A DNA stretch of 63,821 bases, counting the filler, from Octopus bimaculoides (taxonomy: Eukaryota): the NCBI RefSeq assembly GCF_001194135.2. It is 7 parts of 6 records of this genome, joined end to end, with 100 filler letters (N's around TTAATTAATTAA, not from the genome) between each part and the next. Parts side by side here need not be neighbours in the genome. Positions count along the whole stretch, not along the records: positions 47,665 to 53,042 come from NC_069003.1; positions 53,143 to 56,161 come from NW_026332884.1; positions 56,262 to 62,403 come from NC_068993.1; 4 more parts are not named here. The stretch is one strand, 5' to 3'. The notes below the pieces were generated by a model. The model was not told where the DNA came from, searched no databases, and saw only the letters and a list, made by a program, of their open reading frames with translations. Made by a program: the position numbers and the translations under genes. Positions within the stretch are counted from its first letter, which is position 1; each line of letters starts with the position of its first letter. This document shows, in pieces, positions 49,567 to 61,944 of this stretch.

Positions 49567-50211
49567 TTTAAGCCTCAACAAACCGGGGTTTTGTTTATAA
49601 TTTCAAGGAACAAACTGTTTTGCTTATCAGTGTTGATATCTACCGACCAATAAAAAATCGTTATTTGCACTGTTTCAGTGAGATCTGAAGTGCTAAGTTG
49701 CATATTAATTCTTAATACGTTCTGGCTTATTCGAACTCAATGACAACTCGAAATATGCCAGGCGGTCGGTTTTATTTGGAATGTATCTGAATTACGTATT
49801 CAAGAAGAGATTTATCTCTCTCATTCTTAATACAAGGAAAACTCAACTAATGACCGACCTATACAAGCATGGCAGAGGCTTAGAAATCTTTAACATTTTT
49901 TGTTTACATTTTTGCTTTATTATCGTATTTTTTCAAAACCAGTCGGTCTGTATTTTGTGGCTTAAACGGCGGCCATTTTGTATATCATTGGATTAGACAA
50001 AGTTCATTGACTATCAACAGAAAAGTATTTAACTCTATCGTTGATCGTAATAAAATCAGTGAGCCGTGAGAATTGATAGGATGATGGTATTTCAGAGAAG
50101 AGGATTAGATATTTCTCACTTAGAGAAATCAATCATCGCAAAATGGATTTTTGCACAGCAACTAATTATAAGTCTACATAACTCAATACTTACTTGTGTT
50201 AAATACATAAA

Positions 50212-50257
<46 letters not shown>

Positions 50258-50584
50258 TGCGTGTGTATGTACGTGTGTGTGTGTGTGTGTGTGTGNNNNN
50301 NNNNNNNNNNNNNNNNNNNNNNNNNNNNNNNNNNNNNNNNNNNNNNNNNNNNNNNNNNNNNNNNNNNNNNNNNNNNNNNNNNNNNNNNNNNNNNNNNNNN
50401 NNNNNNNNNNNNNNNNNNNNNNNNNNNNNNNNNNNNNNNNNNNNNNNNNNNNNNNNNNNNNNNNNNNNNNNNNNNNNNNNNNNNNNNNNNNNNNNNNNNN
50501 NNNNNNNNNNNNNNNNNNNNNNNNNNNNNNNNNNNNNNNNNNNNNNNNNNNNNNNNNNNNNNNNNNNNNNNNNNNNNNNNNNNN

Positions 50585-50659
<75 letters not shown>

Positions 50660-50864
50660 TTATCTGTCTGTCTGTCTGTCTGTAAATTTCTCTCCTCGGT
50701 AGTGAAGTGAAAGCACGTTATAAAAATAAAAATACTGAATGATAATAATAATAAGAATAAGAATAAGACTAATAATAAGAAGAACAAGAACAAGAAGAAC
50801 AACAAGAAAGAGGAGGAGGAGGAAAAGAAGAAGAAGACGGAGGAGGAGGAGGAGGAAAAGAAGT

Positions 50865-51040
50865 GTTAAAAGGTGAGGTAGGCTAATAGTGGGTTCAAAT
50901 TCTAGTATCGGGGGATGGAATAAGTCTATTACATCAACCCCCAGCGCTCAACTGGTACCTATTTTAAGGATCTCGAAATGACGGGAAGCAAAGTCGATCC
51001 CGGTGAAATTTCAACTCAGAGCATAAAGACGGACGAAATG
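50865..51040 (+). mobile_element. SINE family B-like degenerate copy
   Basis: Contains inverted-orientation core pieces (aactggtacc..aaagtcgatcccggtgaaatttcaactcag). Confidence 0.4.
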
Positions 51041-51319
51041 GCATTTTGCATTTTGTTCGCCGCCCTGAGGTAGGCTAATATTCAAACCACTCCGCTGACG
51101 CCAACAAAGCAGACGACAATAAAAATAAAGAAAAACGGATCACGAAAAGGAGAATGAGGAAGTGATATGCTTGTAGTTTTCCTCGTGTAAACTCACTTGG
51201 TCACTGGTCATTGTTTTGATGCCGACGATGGAGTGGTCTATTGTTAGCCTACCAATCCTTTATGTCTTCTTCTTCTTCTTCTTCTTCTTCTTTCCTTTCA
51301 TGCTTATATATGCATGTGT

Positions 51320-51655
51320 ATATATTGAGATTCAGTTGAATTAGGAACTGAAGTTGAAGCACCAAATTTAGTGCGGTATTATCCGAACAGCTCGAAGTAA
51401 GGTGAATATAATCAAAACAAGCATCAGGATATCGAGATATCCTGTTGCTTATTTTGATTGTTCTTGTCACATTCTGTATTATATATATATATATAATACA
51501 CGTTCCCGTTCGTTGAAACTGTCCAACGAACGGGAACGTGAAACTCTGAGTAACAGTTTTTGTGATATCTTTGCTGCTTTTTAATAAAATATATTACTCT
51601 ACCTCTGGTATTCGAATACTATTTTTCCACCTTGTTTCGCATTTATGTGCTTACT
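51320..51655. mobile_element. Hairpin-rich interspersed repeat (possible Penelope-like terminus)
   Basis: Start agattcagttgaattagg(a/t)actgaa is shared with ~40836-40870. Two strong hairpins. Ends on (TA)n. Confidence 0.45.
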
Positions 51656-52104
51656 CTGGTATATATATTTATATATATGTTTAAATATATTCATATATAT
51701 AGACATATATATTTATATATATAGACATATATATTTACACACACACACACACATATACATCTGTGTTGGCCCCTTGTGGGTAATAAAAAAAAATCACACA
51801 TATACATATATATTTATAAATATATTCAGGTGCGTGTGCTTTCCTATGTGTTACGTCCTTATGGGTATGGTTTTTAAATGTAGGAACACCCTACCTACTC
51901 TAAATTTAATGTTGAATGAGAAGGAAGGGCACGACCCGAATGACTTGCCGGTGCCTCATTCTTCCGGTGGATTCCAGGCCGGGATCACACCCTGTCTTAT
52001 GTGAAACCACTGACCTCTAGGAAGTCGTTTAATAGGGTAGATTTTGGGATGACAAATTAAAGAATATTTTGGGATGACAAATTGAAGAATATTCTGCCTA
52101 CGTT

Positions 52105-52191
52105 ATTCTTGTCTACTCTAGGCACAAGGCCCGAAATATTTTGGGGGGAGGGCGCCAGTCGATTAGATCGACCCCAGTACGCAACTGGTAC

Positions 52192-52196
<5 letters not shown>
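52105..52196 (-). mobile_element. SINE family B 3' end
   Basis: ctactctaggcacaaggcccgaaat..cagtcgattagatcgaccccagtacgcaactggtacttaatt. Confidence 0.8.
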
Positions 52197-52227
<31 letters not shown>

Positions 52228-52439
52228 TGTAAATTTTAGAGGTAATACTTGATATGTGTAAGCACCTGTATATACCGGCGTTTAATATATATATATACAT
52301 ACATGCATTACATATATATATTTATACATATTCATGTATATACGTACATATATGCGTGTGTGTGTGTTTGTGTTTGTGTGTGTGTGTGTATGTGATGGTC
52401 CCCTGTATGTGTATGTANNNNNNNNNNACGAGTGAAACA

Positions 52440-52975
52440 ACCATAAACCTCATCATCATCGTCATCATCATCGTCATCATCATCATCATCGTCATCATCA
52501 TCATCATCGTCACTATCCCCATCTCCAGCGTCATCATTATCGTCATCGTTGTCATCGTCGTCATCATCATCGTCGTCATCGTCGTCGCTGTCCTCCTCTT
52601 ACAGCTCTCCTCCTCCTCCTCCTCTTCCACCACCACCACCCTCCCTCCTTCCCTCCTCCCTCTCTTCCTCCTCGTCTTGTCCATTAGCATCATCATCATC
52701 AGCAACAACCTCCTCCTCTTCCTCCACCTCCTCTTCGGCATCATCAGCATCAGCATCATCGTCATAATTATCATCATGCTCATCCTCATCATCACCTCCA
52801 ACATCATCATCATCATTATAATCGTCATCATCATAATCATCATCGTTGTCATCATCATCATCATCATCATCAACATCATAATCGTCATAATCGTCATCGT
52901 CATCATCATCATCATCATCATTATCATCATCATCACCAATTATCACCACCACCACCACCACCACCACCACCACAA
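52440..52975. repeat. Mosaic (CAT)/(CCT)/(CAC) trinucleotide tract
   Basis: Visible directly. Confidence 0.95.
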
Positions 52976-53142
52976 ACCAACGAAGACGTCTATACAACAT
53001 CTTCATGAGTTTCTAACATTGGCAACACATTGCACAAGGTTANNNNNNNNNNNNNNNNNNNNNNNNNNNNNNNNNNNNNNNNNNNNTTAATTAATTAANN
53101 NNNNNNNNNNNNNNNNNNNNNNNNNNNNNNNNNNNNNNNNNN

Positions 53143-53173
<31 letters not shown>

Positions 53174-53439
53174 TGAATGTAGTTTATGCACGCCCACCAA
53201 TTAGCACACATGTCGCTCCAATTAGCACACATGTCGCTCCAATTTTAGGAGGACATTCGTCATGACGCTATCTGCATTTTCGTCAACTTTTTCTCTCAGA
53301 GACACCCGCGTATAGCTGTAAAAATCGATTTTCAACCATAACTTTTACCAATTTTGAAGTTTGCTAACATGGTGAAGTCAAAGTGTGCATATGCGCGTGA
53401 AGGAGAGAGAAGGGAAATTATATGCTTGTGAGAGGGGGA

Positions 53440-53650
53440 GTGAGGGAGCGAAACAGATTGTTTGCCAGCGTCTAACAAAAAGAAAGTAAAGAAAAAGTAG
53501 GAGAGGGAGACAGAAAGCGTCTAACGAAGACAAAGGTAGATAACGAGACAGAGTTTGTTTGCCAGCGTCTAACAAAAAAAGTAAATAAAAACGTGGGAGA
53601 GAGAGACAGAAAGCGTCTAACGAAAGAAAAAGTGGGAGAGGGGAGTAAGG
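53440..53650. repeat. Short repeated motif GCGTCTAAC (4 copies), putative hAT subterminal repeats
   Basis: Two larger units tttgccagcgtctaac...gagacagaaagcgtctaacgaa upstream of the transposase. Confidence 0.6.
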
Positions 53651-54161
53651 AAGACAGTGTCAGCGTTCATGAAAAATGAAAATGTAAAATGATTTTTTTT
53701 TTCTTAAACATGGGATATAGTTTCAAATATAGGTTGTTTTTGAAAGACACTATATTTTATAATGAAATTATATATACTTTCTCACACAACAATTAAAATA
53801 TATTCATTTTAAATCATTTAATCGTTTAACATAAAAATAAAAAAATATAGAAATATGCATCACACTACTTCTAATTGTTTTCGAATTTTAAGGTTTTTAA
53901 ATGAAATATTATTCAAGTTTTTGTATTTGATAATGATGTATCAGATAACGAGTAAGCTTTAATAAAATAATCAAAAACTATTAAGCAAAATTCTTGATTC
54001 GTTTATTGTTGTTTTAACTCAATATTCATGTCCGGAAATCTTTCATCACACAACTGAGACCTCTTCAGTGACTGTTGCCCTCTTACTCCATTTCTTTACT
54101 TTCCAAATATTAAATTGTTGATCTGCTTGCAGTTTTAGATGATTTTTCTTTATTTTCAGCT

Positions 54162-56161
54162 GTGTGTACTATGTCGAATCCACGAGAAGCAAAAGTGAGG
54201 AAAATTTCTGATTTCTTCATTACTTCGTCATATCAAAAGAATCCAGGACCATCGGATATTGTGGAGGTGCAACTCAATGAACAAATTATTGATAAAGCTC
54301 TTCCAGTAAATCGCAATGTGCCATCGAAATATTGCACATCAACTGAACAATTTGTGCCAAGTAAAACATTTGAATTTCCCTAGGATGCAAAAAACCGTAC
54401 ATGCCGCTCAGATTGGTTTAAAGAGAACCCATGGCTTCATTATGATATTCAGTATGATGCTGTTATCTTCTGGTATTGTCTTGAAGGAGTTCGGGCTAAC
54501 AGGATTCCATCTCCCAAGGAAACTGCCTTTTTGACTGGTGTAAGAAACTGGGGCAAAATTACAGCAAAAATTACTGCACATAGCCGTTCTGGTCCCCATA
54601 TGGACGCTATCCGCACTTTTCAGTCGAAGACAGACGTATCTGTGACTCTAAATAAGCAGCTGATTCAGCAACACGAAGTATCCCGGCAAGATTTTAAAAT
54701 TATTTTCAAAGCGGTTAGATTTTGTGGTAGGCAAGGCCTAGCATTACAAGGACATGACCACGATATAGAAAACTTTGTAAATCTTGTAAGGGAACTTGCT
54801 GAAGAATGCAGTGCAGAAGTAAGTCAGTGGTTTAAGCATCAGAACAATTTCCCCTCTGATACAATTCAAAATGAAATGTTAGAGGCATACGCTCATAACA
54901 TTTTACATGAGATCAAAATAAAAGTAGATTTATTGGCATTATATGTGATAGTACCACTGATTGCTCTGGCATGGAACAAGTATCAATCACTCTCCAGTAC
55001 GTTTCTGAAGACCTGAATGTCAATGAGGATTTTCTAGGTTTTTATAATCCCCCTGACTGCTCTTCGGAGACACTAACTAAGATTATTCTAGATGTTTTTT
55101 GTCGCCTAAACATTTCACTTGGCTCAAAGTTATGCTGTTTTTCATTTGATGGTGCAAATACCATGAGTGGAAACATTTCAGGTGTACAAATGCGATTGAA
55201 AAATTTGTTCCCAGGTACATATTTTGTACACTGTGGAAACCACTCTCTGGACCTTGTCCTCCAAGAAGTTTGTTCTAAGGTTACCTTTGTAGTTGATGCA
55301 CTGAACTTTGTTCATCAATGCGCCATTCTTGTGAAAGAGTCACCAAAAAGAAAAGCACAATGGACAAACCTTTGTGGTGAGAATGTCATCGTGTTGCAAG
55401 CAGTGTGTCCAACTCGGTGGTGCATTAGAGCAACAGCACTGAAACAAGCAGAAAACAATTATAAGAATATTCAAAGTTTCTGCTTGACCTTCTTAATGAC
55501 TCATCGTTAAGAGCAACAACAAAGGCTACTGTTAAAGGGCTGCTAAAACAATCTGGCAAAGCTTCCACTTTGTTCGGCATTAAAATCGCTGGGGATATAT
55601 TTGGGGTATGTGAGCCAGTGGCACGTAGCTTACAGCGTTCAGACACGACAGCCGGAGATTGCTTGAAATTGATTGAAAAGCTGAAAAACTCTCTTTCAAA
55701 AATGAGAAGTGAGAAGGTTTTTGAAAAATATTTCGATGAAGTATCCTCTTCTGACTTGGTGAAAATGCCCAACATTTCGCGATCTAAAAACACACCACTT
55801 CGCTACTGAAGAAGTTGCTCTTTCTGTCACCGATGACTGGCATCGGCAATTTTTCTCTACAGTAGATGTCATCGAAAATGAATTGACTCGCCGTTTTCAG
55901 CAACAGGGAATACGTGTATGCTCTGAGCGAGAGGAGTTGCTGTTGTCAGCAGTCAGTTGTGGAGTATTTAACTTTGAAAATGCACATCTACCCGTTTCTT
56001 TTGATTTGCTCTTACTGTCATCTCAAATCAAATTTCTTGCTGGCCTATGGACGGAAAGGGAAACTTTGCCTAAATCATTTAATGACACAGATAAAAAAAA
56101 ATGGAGAGCGTCTGTATCTGTTGCATCAAGTGAAAGAACATTCAGTGCACTTCGCCGTTTG
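54162..56161 (+). pseudogene. Near full-length hAT transposase (TTF-type zinc finger, DUF4371-like, dimerisation region) with stops and frameshifts
   Basis: WFKENPWLHYD..GVRNW..H..S..H; FCGRQGLALQGHD..NF; SDTIQNEM; ICDSTTD..EQVSI; FDGANTMSG; VHCGNHSLDL; PTRW; SSERTFSALRR. Stop at 54381-54383, frameshifts near 54925 and 55490. Confidence 0.92.
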
Positions 56162-56958
56162 NNNNNNNNNNNNNNNNNNNNNNNNNNNNNNNNNNNNNNN
56201 NNNNNTTAATTAATTAANNNNNNNNNNNNNNNNNNNNNNNNNNNNNNNNNNNNNNNNNNNNATATATATATATATATATATATATATACTTCGTTCACTC
56301 GTTCATAATTTCTTACTGATTTCATATCTTTTTCATACCAACTAACTTAAAGATTACTCTGTTTTCTATAGCTGTCCATTCGCATGAGAACAGTTCTAAC
56401 TAGCCATAAGTAACAGGAGTTGTTTACACAACATCGGGAACATCAATGGGGGAAGAATTTCAACCAACTGTTCTTCGGCAATAAATATACTTCATTCATT
56501 GATCATCCGTTTTCACTTTCCTCTTTCAAAATCTACTTCACATTTTTGTAAAACTTCTATAAAAATTAACCATCAACGTCTTACAAAGATAATTCAAACT
56601 ATAAAATCTCTTATTCATCAATACATTACAAAATTCATTTTATAAACCTACATATTTATAACATTTGCAATATTTCATAATTCTAGACTTAAAGAGATTC
56701 ACTTCTTATATACAGTTTTGATCGCCTTGCTCGCATGCAAATGATGTTTCCTTTTTTTTCAAATAACTATTGATCTTTTTATATTTTTTTTTACTTTTTT
56801 GATCTCCTTCCAATGTGCCCAGATCACCAAAGCTTAATCCGATTTTTTATGCAATTTCTGAAAAACAATTTTTGTAATCTTTACTTATTGTAATCGATAA
56901 ATAAATGATCAATGTAAATTGGATTAATAAATTTATTTATCTATTTATTTATTTATTA

Positions 56959-57036
<78 letters not shown>

Positions 57037-57104
57037 GTTGTTGTTTTTATCTTCTTTCTTCAAATATTTTTCCATTTCTCATCGAGTGTTTTCCGTACAC
57101 CTAG

Positions 57105-57155
57105 GACAGAGAAACTTATTGTATGCCTTCTCAGTTTACACTGGCAAATTGAAAG
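57105..57155 (+). CDS. Candidate 51-nt internal exon (xQRNLLYAFSVYTGKLK, phase 1-1)
   Basis: Long polypyrimidine acceptor ending cctag, donor AAG|gtaaaa, frame-preserving length. Confidence 0.35.
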
Positions 57156-57215
57156 GTAAAAATATGTATGTAAATAAAAAAATAAATAGATAAATTCATG
57201 AATGGATGTTGTTTG

Positions 57216-57289
<74 letters not shown>

Positions 57290-58500
57290 AAGAAGCCAGA
57301 AAGGTTTTCAATATCAAGTACCATTAATTTCATAAAGCGGGAAAGTCTTTCATCAGAGTCATTTCGCTCTTGACCGCCATGTTATTTTACGTTATGTCTA
57401 ATATTAATTGCATTATTCCATGACTCGTTATGGTGATAGGGTATGATTTGGGGGCAATTTTAACATATCTATAATTGATGGAAATGCTTCAACATGTAAG
57501 AAACTCATTAACCGTGTTCCGAAATTTAATTTGCAGCCATTTTAAACTTATCAAGGACGGAGAAATTATTGCACGTGCCAATGAAATATTCTTAAACACT
57601 TTAAATAATATACACAAATGAACTGCAGTATTTGTTTTAATCATAATCAGGTGTTTATTGGGGAATATAATGTAAAGGAATTTATAATATAATATTTATA
57701 ATATAATATTAAAGCAAATCGCTATCTTTAAAATGATGTGTTTGCACTCCTATAAATATAAGATATACATATATGTTCGATTGGCATAAAGTAATAAAGG
57801 GAAAATGTCTGAGAGGAAGAGGATTGAGAAAGGAGGGAGAGGTAAGCGTTCGAATGAAGGGGTACCCAGGTCATGCAATTTGTAAGATTTTACGGTTAAC
57901 TGCATTAGAAGACATTAAACATCTTTTATGCTCAGCATAGTGGGAATCGAGGGCTCAGATTCAGTTTCTTACTTCCGGCGTAGGTTATTTTTATGCTGCC
58001 ATGATAATCACGAAGATTCTTGGTTAATGTACTGTTATTCTCATTCTATTTGATAGCTACATTCGAGTTAACCTTTCGTAACCCAACGAATCTATATGCA
58101 CATGCGGACACAAATACACACACACAAACAAACAATACTTTAGTGGCTGTTATTTCTGACGTTGCACCGCTAAACCAGGATTGTTCCTACATATGTATTA
58201 ATGAGCGAAATCTTGTTGAAAGAAGATCACGCCCTTATCATAAAAAGCGCTGCCGACGCACATCACTTGATTGTTACTTTATGTAGTGTAGTTCAAATGT
58301 TTTGATTGAAATATAAAATAGGGAAGTTATTTATGAATCATACAAACACGAACATGTAGTACAGTTTGAGGCCATTATTTTCGAATAACAGTAATTGTTA
58401 GAGGTAAGACACTTTATCTAGCTGGACCATGTAATAAATAATTATAGACGGCGTAGCAACGAACACTACTGAAAGATAAGCAAGATAACTCATCCGTCAG

Positions 58501-58533
58501 AAGGTTATGAGGGCGACCGTGGAACAACAAAAG
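58501..58533 (+). CDS. Candidate 33-nt exon (EGYEGDRGTTK or KVMRATVEQQK)
   Basis: Acceptor catccgtcag, donor AAG|gtaaaa, frame-preserving and phase-compatible with 57105-57155. Confidence 0.2.
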
Positions 58534-59814
58534 GTAAAATATCAGCTTGTTTTCGTGATGTATACGTATGATTGCCCCAGATAATTCGGACTGCCATCTT
58601 ATAAATTTGTAACTCTGATTTTAAACAGTATTGCAAACTAATAATAGGCGTCCATCTGAGTAACTCAATGAAAGTGCACCCAATCACAGCATCACCTCTT
58701 ATTTAAAATTGTTGAAACTTTTTTTATGACGGTAAATGAGATACAATTCGTGATTATTAAGTTTTAAGCTAGATTCAACAGACAGTTCAAAAATTACGAG
58801 CGACGTCATTTTAAGGTCATATGTTGGCCTCACATTTTTCAAATTGCCGAAACATTTTCTGCTGTCGGTTGTAGTTTGAATAAAGTGTGTTACTATTTGG
58901 AATCACACAAATCAGCAAAATATCAGAATGTCATTGCTTTTTTATTCTAGAATGAAAACTAAAAATTTCACAAATAAATGTATATTTGAAGTGACCTTTC
59001 GGCCTCGCGGATACTGGATTTAAGAAAAAAAAAAAAAAAAAGAATCACAATAAAAATGACCTTNNNNNNNNNNAAAGTTTATATATAAGTCATTATACAG
59101 GTCAAAACATAATTTCAGTCGCATCAGCTTTCCGAAAACTTTTGTTATTTTTTGCTATAATCGACAATTTTCAACTCATTTCCTGACCTAGACATTCCGA
59201 GGGTCAGATGTGAACTATATAACACAATTCCGCAAATATATAGCATGATTATACGACATGTATTATATACATTACTACATTATATATTCAGGTTTCAATT
59301 CCTTGTATTTTCTTACTGTAAACATGTAATTTCAACTTATTTTATGATGTAAACATCCTGAAAAACCGGAGAAGAAATAAATAAAACTGCTCTACAAAAA
59401 GGTGCAGGAAGGATTAATTTGTTCAGAAGTTCTATTTGCAACCATGTAGTTTCGCGTTCAATCCTTCGAGCTCCGAGTTAACCAATGCCTTGGGAGTAAA
59501 TTTAGTAAATGGAAATTATGTATAAGCGCGTTGATTATGCATGTATGTGTGTATGTATGTATATATGTATGTATGTGTTTTTAATTCAGTTTCCGTTTGT
59601 CCCTCGATACTGCCTGACAATGGTGTTGGCTTGTTTACGTTGGGACATTTGACCTAGCGGTTCACCCTTGTAGATAGATAAAATAAATACCTGACTTAAA
59701 ACAATATACCTACTGGGGTCGATTAATTCGACTGAACCCTTCAAGGCAGTCAGCCAGCACTGTTTGAGTTGAATGATTGAAACAAGTAAAAAATAAAAGT
59801 TAACGATGTACATA

Positions 59815-60080
59815 TCGTGTGGCTGTGTTGTAAGTAGCTGTGTTGTAAGTAGCTGTGTTGTAAGTGTTCTGAGTTCAGTCCCACTGCGTGGTACTTTGGG
59901 TAAGAGTTTTCTACTATAGCCTCGGGCCAACCAAAGCCTTGTGAGTGGATTTGGTAGACGGAAACTAAAAGAAGCCCGTCGTATATATATGTATATATAT
60001 GTATGTGTGTGTATATGTTTGTGTGTCTGAGTTTGTCCTCCAACATCGCTTGACAACCGATGCTGGTGTTTTTACGTCCC
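59815..60080 (+). mobile_element. SINE family A copy, near-identical to 61945-62200
   Basis: Shares the 5' flank and microsatellite pattern with the later copy. Confidence 0.85.
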
Positions 60081-60405
60081 NNNNNNNNNNNNNNNNNNNN
60101 NNNNNNNNNNNNNNNNNNNNNNNNNNNNNNNNNNNNNNNNNNNNNNNNNNNNNNNNNNNNNNNNNNNNNNNNNNNNNNNNNNNNNNNNNNNNNNNNNNNN
60201 NNNNNNNNNNNNNNNNNNNNNNNNNNNNNNNNNNNNNNNNNNNNNNNNNNNNNNNNNNNNNNNNNNNNNNNNNNNNNNNNNNNNNNNNNNNNNNNNNNNN
60301 NNNNNNNNNNNNNNNNNNNNNNNNNNNNNNNNNNNNNNNNNNNNNNNNNNNNNNNNNNNNNNNNNNNNNNNNNNNNNNNNNNNNNNNNNNNNNNNNNNNN
60401 NNNNN

Positions 60406-60790
60406 CCTTGTTTCACTATTTGGCCTGCAACCGTCCGGGGTCACCTACTTAAAGGGTTTCAGACTATAGATTGACTCCTATACTTATTTCTGTGATCTGT
60501 CCGTGTAACAAGGCTGGTAATTTGGTACAATGATGCGATCACAAATCTTTCAATCCCAGCTTTGAAACCTCCGCTTGCCAAACAGTGCTGCAAGTTTTCT
60601 TTACTATTTCCACCGTATTCTGTGTTATTTTTCTTATTTTTCCTGGTGCTGGTTCCGAAGTTGTTTCTTTATATTTTACAATCATTTTCACATGGTTTAC
60701 TACAGCCCCAATTTTCGTTTGGTGCTTGTATTTTCCCAATTATGTTGTCTTCTCTCCTTTCTCTTTACAATTGTCTTTCACTTCAGCCTG
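60406..60790 (-). mobile_element. Tc1-like transposase remnant
   Basis: MGKYKHQTKIGAVVNHVKMIVKYKETTSEPAPGKIRKITQNT resembles the Tc1 HTH/GRPRK region. Degenerate ..PIVKQG at ~60410. Confidence 0.5.
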
Positions 60791-61640
60791 TATTTTGCGT
60801 TTGTTGGCTTCTTTGAACGTAGATAATAGTTTATAATTATATTATTATGCTTTGTAGCTACTTAGATTTCCACAGTCATTTACTACATGTTTTTTGTAGT
60901 TCTACAGGGAATATTTTCTATTTAGAGAATGATGTGGTGTACTTTAAATGTAGTCAATATTTTTCTTGTCTTTTCTCTCTAGTTTTGATAATTCATTTAC
61001 TGTCCATTTGAGAGTATTATAACTAGTTTATTACTATGACAGCTAGGTTACAGATGTCTCCATTTTTGCACTTATCTTGTGTTTTGGTACGTTTTAAGCT
61101 CTAATCTATTGAGATTATTACATATACCTTTCTAACCTTTTATTTAATTTGTGTATACAGTACACTCTCTAGTTCATTGCTTTCTAAGTATTTACTCGCT
61201 GTGCTTTATTGTAATTCTATTATCACACTTTCTTCATCGAACGACATCAATATTCTTAATTAATGTTCCCCTATTCAAGATTTTCTTTGCACTATTTTTT
61301 GTCACTCGAATATCATATCTATTTCTGCTGTCAATCCATTAGTTGTCTACAACTGTGCTGCGAATGATTTTTCATAAGCAGCCTACAAGTTGAGGTCGTA
61401 CGTATAAAAATTCTGTTGTTTTATCCTCCCATATTAATATTTGTATGTGTATAATTCAGTCTTGTTTAGCATATTTACTCTGTGCCACACAGAAAAAGCA
61501 TTAGGAGAAGACACCATTTCCTTCGATTGTATTGTATCTAAATAAATACTAAGTATAGTAAATACAGTTGGCTATGATGCTCCCCCACTACTTCTGATCA
61601 TGATCAGAGGTGCACATATCACCAGCCAACNNNNNNNNNN

Positions 61641-61820
61641 ATTCACTTAGATATTCCTTTGCCTGTTTTGTTACTGAGTAAAATGCTTTCCTGCTTTCAT
61701 GTTTTGAGACAAGTTTTAGCATCCAGTCCTTAGAGTTTTTCAGATAGGTGTCTAGGCCAATTGTGGCTATCTTCATTGTTAATGCCAGCTGTAGAAGTCC
61801 ACGGCCTCCCTCTTTTCTTG
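61641..61820 (-). mobile_element. R4/Dong-like post-RT fragment
   Basis: RKEGGRGLLQLALTMKIATIGLDTYLKNSKDWMLKLV. Confidence 0.75.
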
Positions 61821-61944
61821 NNNNNNNNNNNNNNNNNNNNNNNNNNNNNNNNNNNNNNNNNNNNNNNNNNNNNNNNNNNNNNNNNNNNNNNNNNNNNNNN
61901 NNNNNNNNNNNNNNNNNNNNAAAATAAAAGTTAACGATGTACAT

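Larger units (their letters stand above)
49045..49690 (-). repeat. About 2.1 diverged tandem units (~308 and ~295 bp), each full unit carrying a hammerhead-like motif (retrozyme-like)
   Basis: Unit marker gttatttg at 49057, 49365 and 49660. CTGACGA cores at 49247-49253 and 49557-49563. Confidence 0.8.

Noticed and set aside
4038-50805. ORFs spanning N runs or made of YI/CV/HT/LS dipeptides
   Set aside because: Gap and microsatellite artefacts.
52254-53090. Long poly-I/M/D/H ORFs
   Set aside because: Translations of the (CAT)/(CCT)/(CAC) mosaic, open in several frames and truncated by gaps.
53440-53650. CRISPR-like repeat-spacer array
   Set aside because: Eukaryotic context, irregular spacing, and the spacers are themselves duplicated. 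Better explained as transposon subterminal repeats.
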